DNA of 64,000 nucleotides from Paraspadella gotoi (lineage: Eukaryota > Animalia > Chaetognatha). Below, in pieces: positions 62,901-64,000 of this stretch (positions are counted from its first letter, which is position 1; every line of letters begins with the position of its first letter). The position numbers and the translations under genes were made by a program. The DNA is taken from assembly GCA_051294375.1 (NCBI GenBank), contig CM119263.1, positions 2,842,326-2,906,325 of the forward strand. Direction: 5' to 3'. The notes under the pieces are model-generated. The model ran no database searches, had not been told where the DNA came from, and worked only from the letters and a program-made list of their open reading frames with translations.

Positions 62901-64000
62901 ATATGGATACAGAACAACGGAAAGCTTCAAGTAACTGGCATGAACATTTTTAACCCTCAGTAAAGTGATTAACAATCCACCTGAACAATTTTTAATATAT
63001 AAATATCTCCGAGCTTTCTTCCTCTCTCCCTCCAATTCTCCTTAGTGATTCGAAAATTCTCTCCCACCCATCAAATCAGTAGGGATCTATGGAACTGTTT
63101 CCTATCCAACCAGGGTAATCGATCTAAGCGGAGCGGGGAAGAACAGAAACAGCACACCATCCCACCCCCCCAGATCACCACTCTCTATCTAATTTCATCA
63201 TCTGCTCGATCCGGAGTATGGGAAGCGTAGAGGAAGAATGCAGTCATGTCTCGCTCAGTGCTCTCATTCCTCATGGAATCAGACATACATACAGATGACA
63301 CACATAAAGGAGAAGAACAAAATCGAGGGGTAGACAGTCGCATGTGAGAAACCACTAACACGTGAGGTGACAGTGACTAGAAGCAAGACCCCAGTGGGTA
63401 GCATTTAGCTTACGAATCTAAAGTATATAAGGAGAACACATGCGCCCCTGACGAGGCAAAGGCGCAGCAGAATACCAAGAGGTACGTTCGCACATGATGA
63501 TGATATAGCAAGGGTCGGCGCGACAATAGGGTTCGTTGTTGTGGATCTTGTAGGATCGAACCAAAAGGACAAAGCCAGAAAAGTGCGTTGCGGTGAGAGT
63601 CCAATGCCCCGAATTTGAATATTGACTATGGTAATTTATTTTGCGCACGCCTTTTAGATCGGCAATTTGAATTACGCTATCCTAAAAGTACTTGATACTA
63701 GGTATGTATATTTTCTACACTGTGGAACAGAATACTTATTTTTTGGTCCATTTTAATCTAAACGTGCTACTGGTTTATGAATATTAATGGAATCAGCTGA
63801 TAGAACTAATTAAATATTGATAAAATCCCATACTAAAAATCCCAATGCGATAATTCTGTCTGATTGTATAGTAAATGGGGAAATCAACTGCAATCTAAAA
63901 TGCGCAGTGAGTTAGAAAATCTACATACATAGTATCCAGTAGTTTTAGATTAAGAATTCAAATTGCCATCTAAACTTTCCAAAATAAATTCCGTTTTTAA

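Overview
Eukaryotic (invertebrate animal-like) genomic window with GT-AG spliceosomal introns, many only 60-90 nt, and abundant (CT)n/(GA)n microsatellites. Genes reconstructed by reading splice junctions by hand, left to right: (1) a ~2,450-aa disordered acidic protein with AKAP-, PP1- and FFAT-like short motifs (+, 2795-11771); (2) Cullin-4 (-, 12369-17653); (3) apoptosis-inducing factor AIFM1 (+, 18940-21751), whose N-terminus carries a Deltameth_res/COX7B-like segment in place of the usual anchor; (4) a divergent VDAC/porin (+, 22158-23495); (5) a type-II-like PKA regulatory subunit spread over ~21 kb (-, 24987-45841). The PKA-R introns host an inverted Penelope-like retroelement remnant with two hammerhead ribozyme motifs, a nested antisense TMC-family gene, an exon-derived minisatellite that duplicates a splice donor, and a nested antisense cystatin-like gene. 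Several MITE-like elements are present. From ~40 kb, and especially after ~46 kb, the assembly degrades (N gaps, indel-rich duplicate copies that look like uncorrected long reads), so calls there are tentative. All family assignments rest on motif recognition from memory; no database searches were run.
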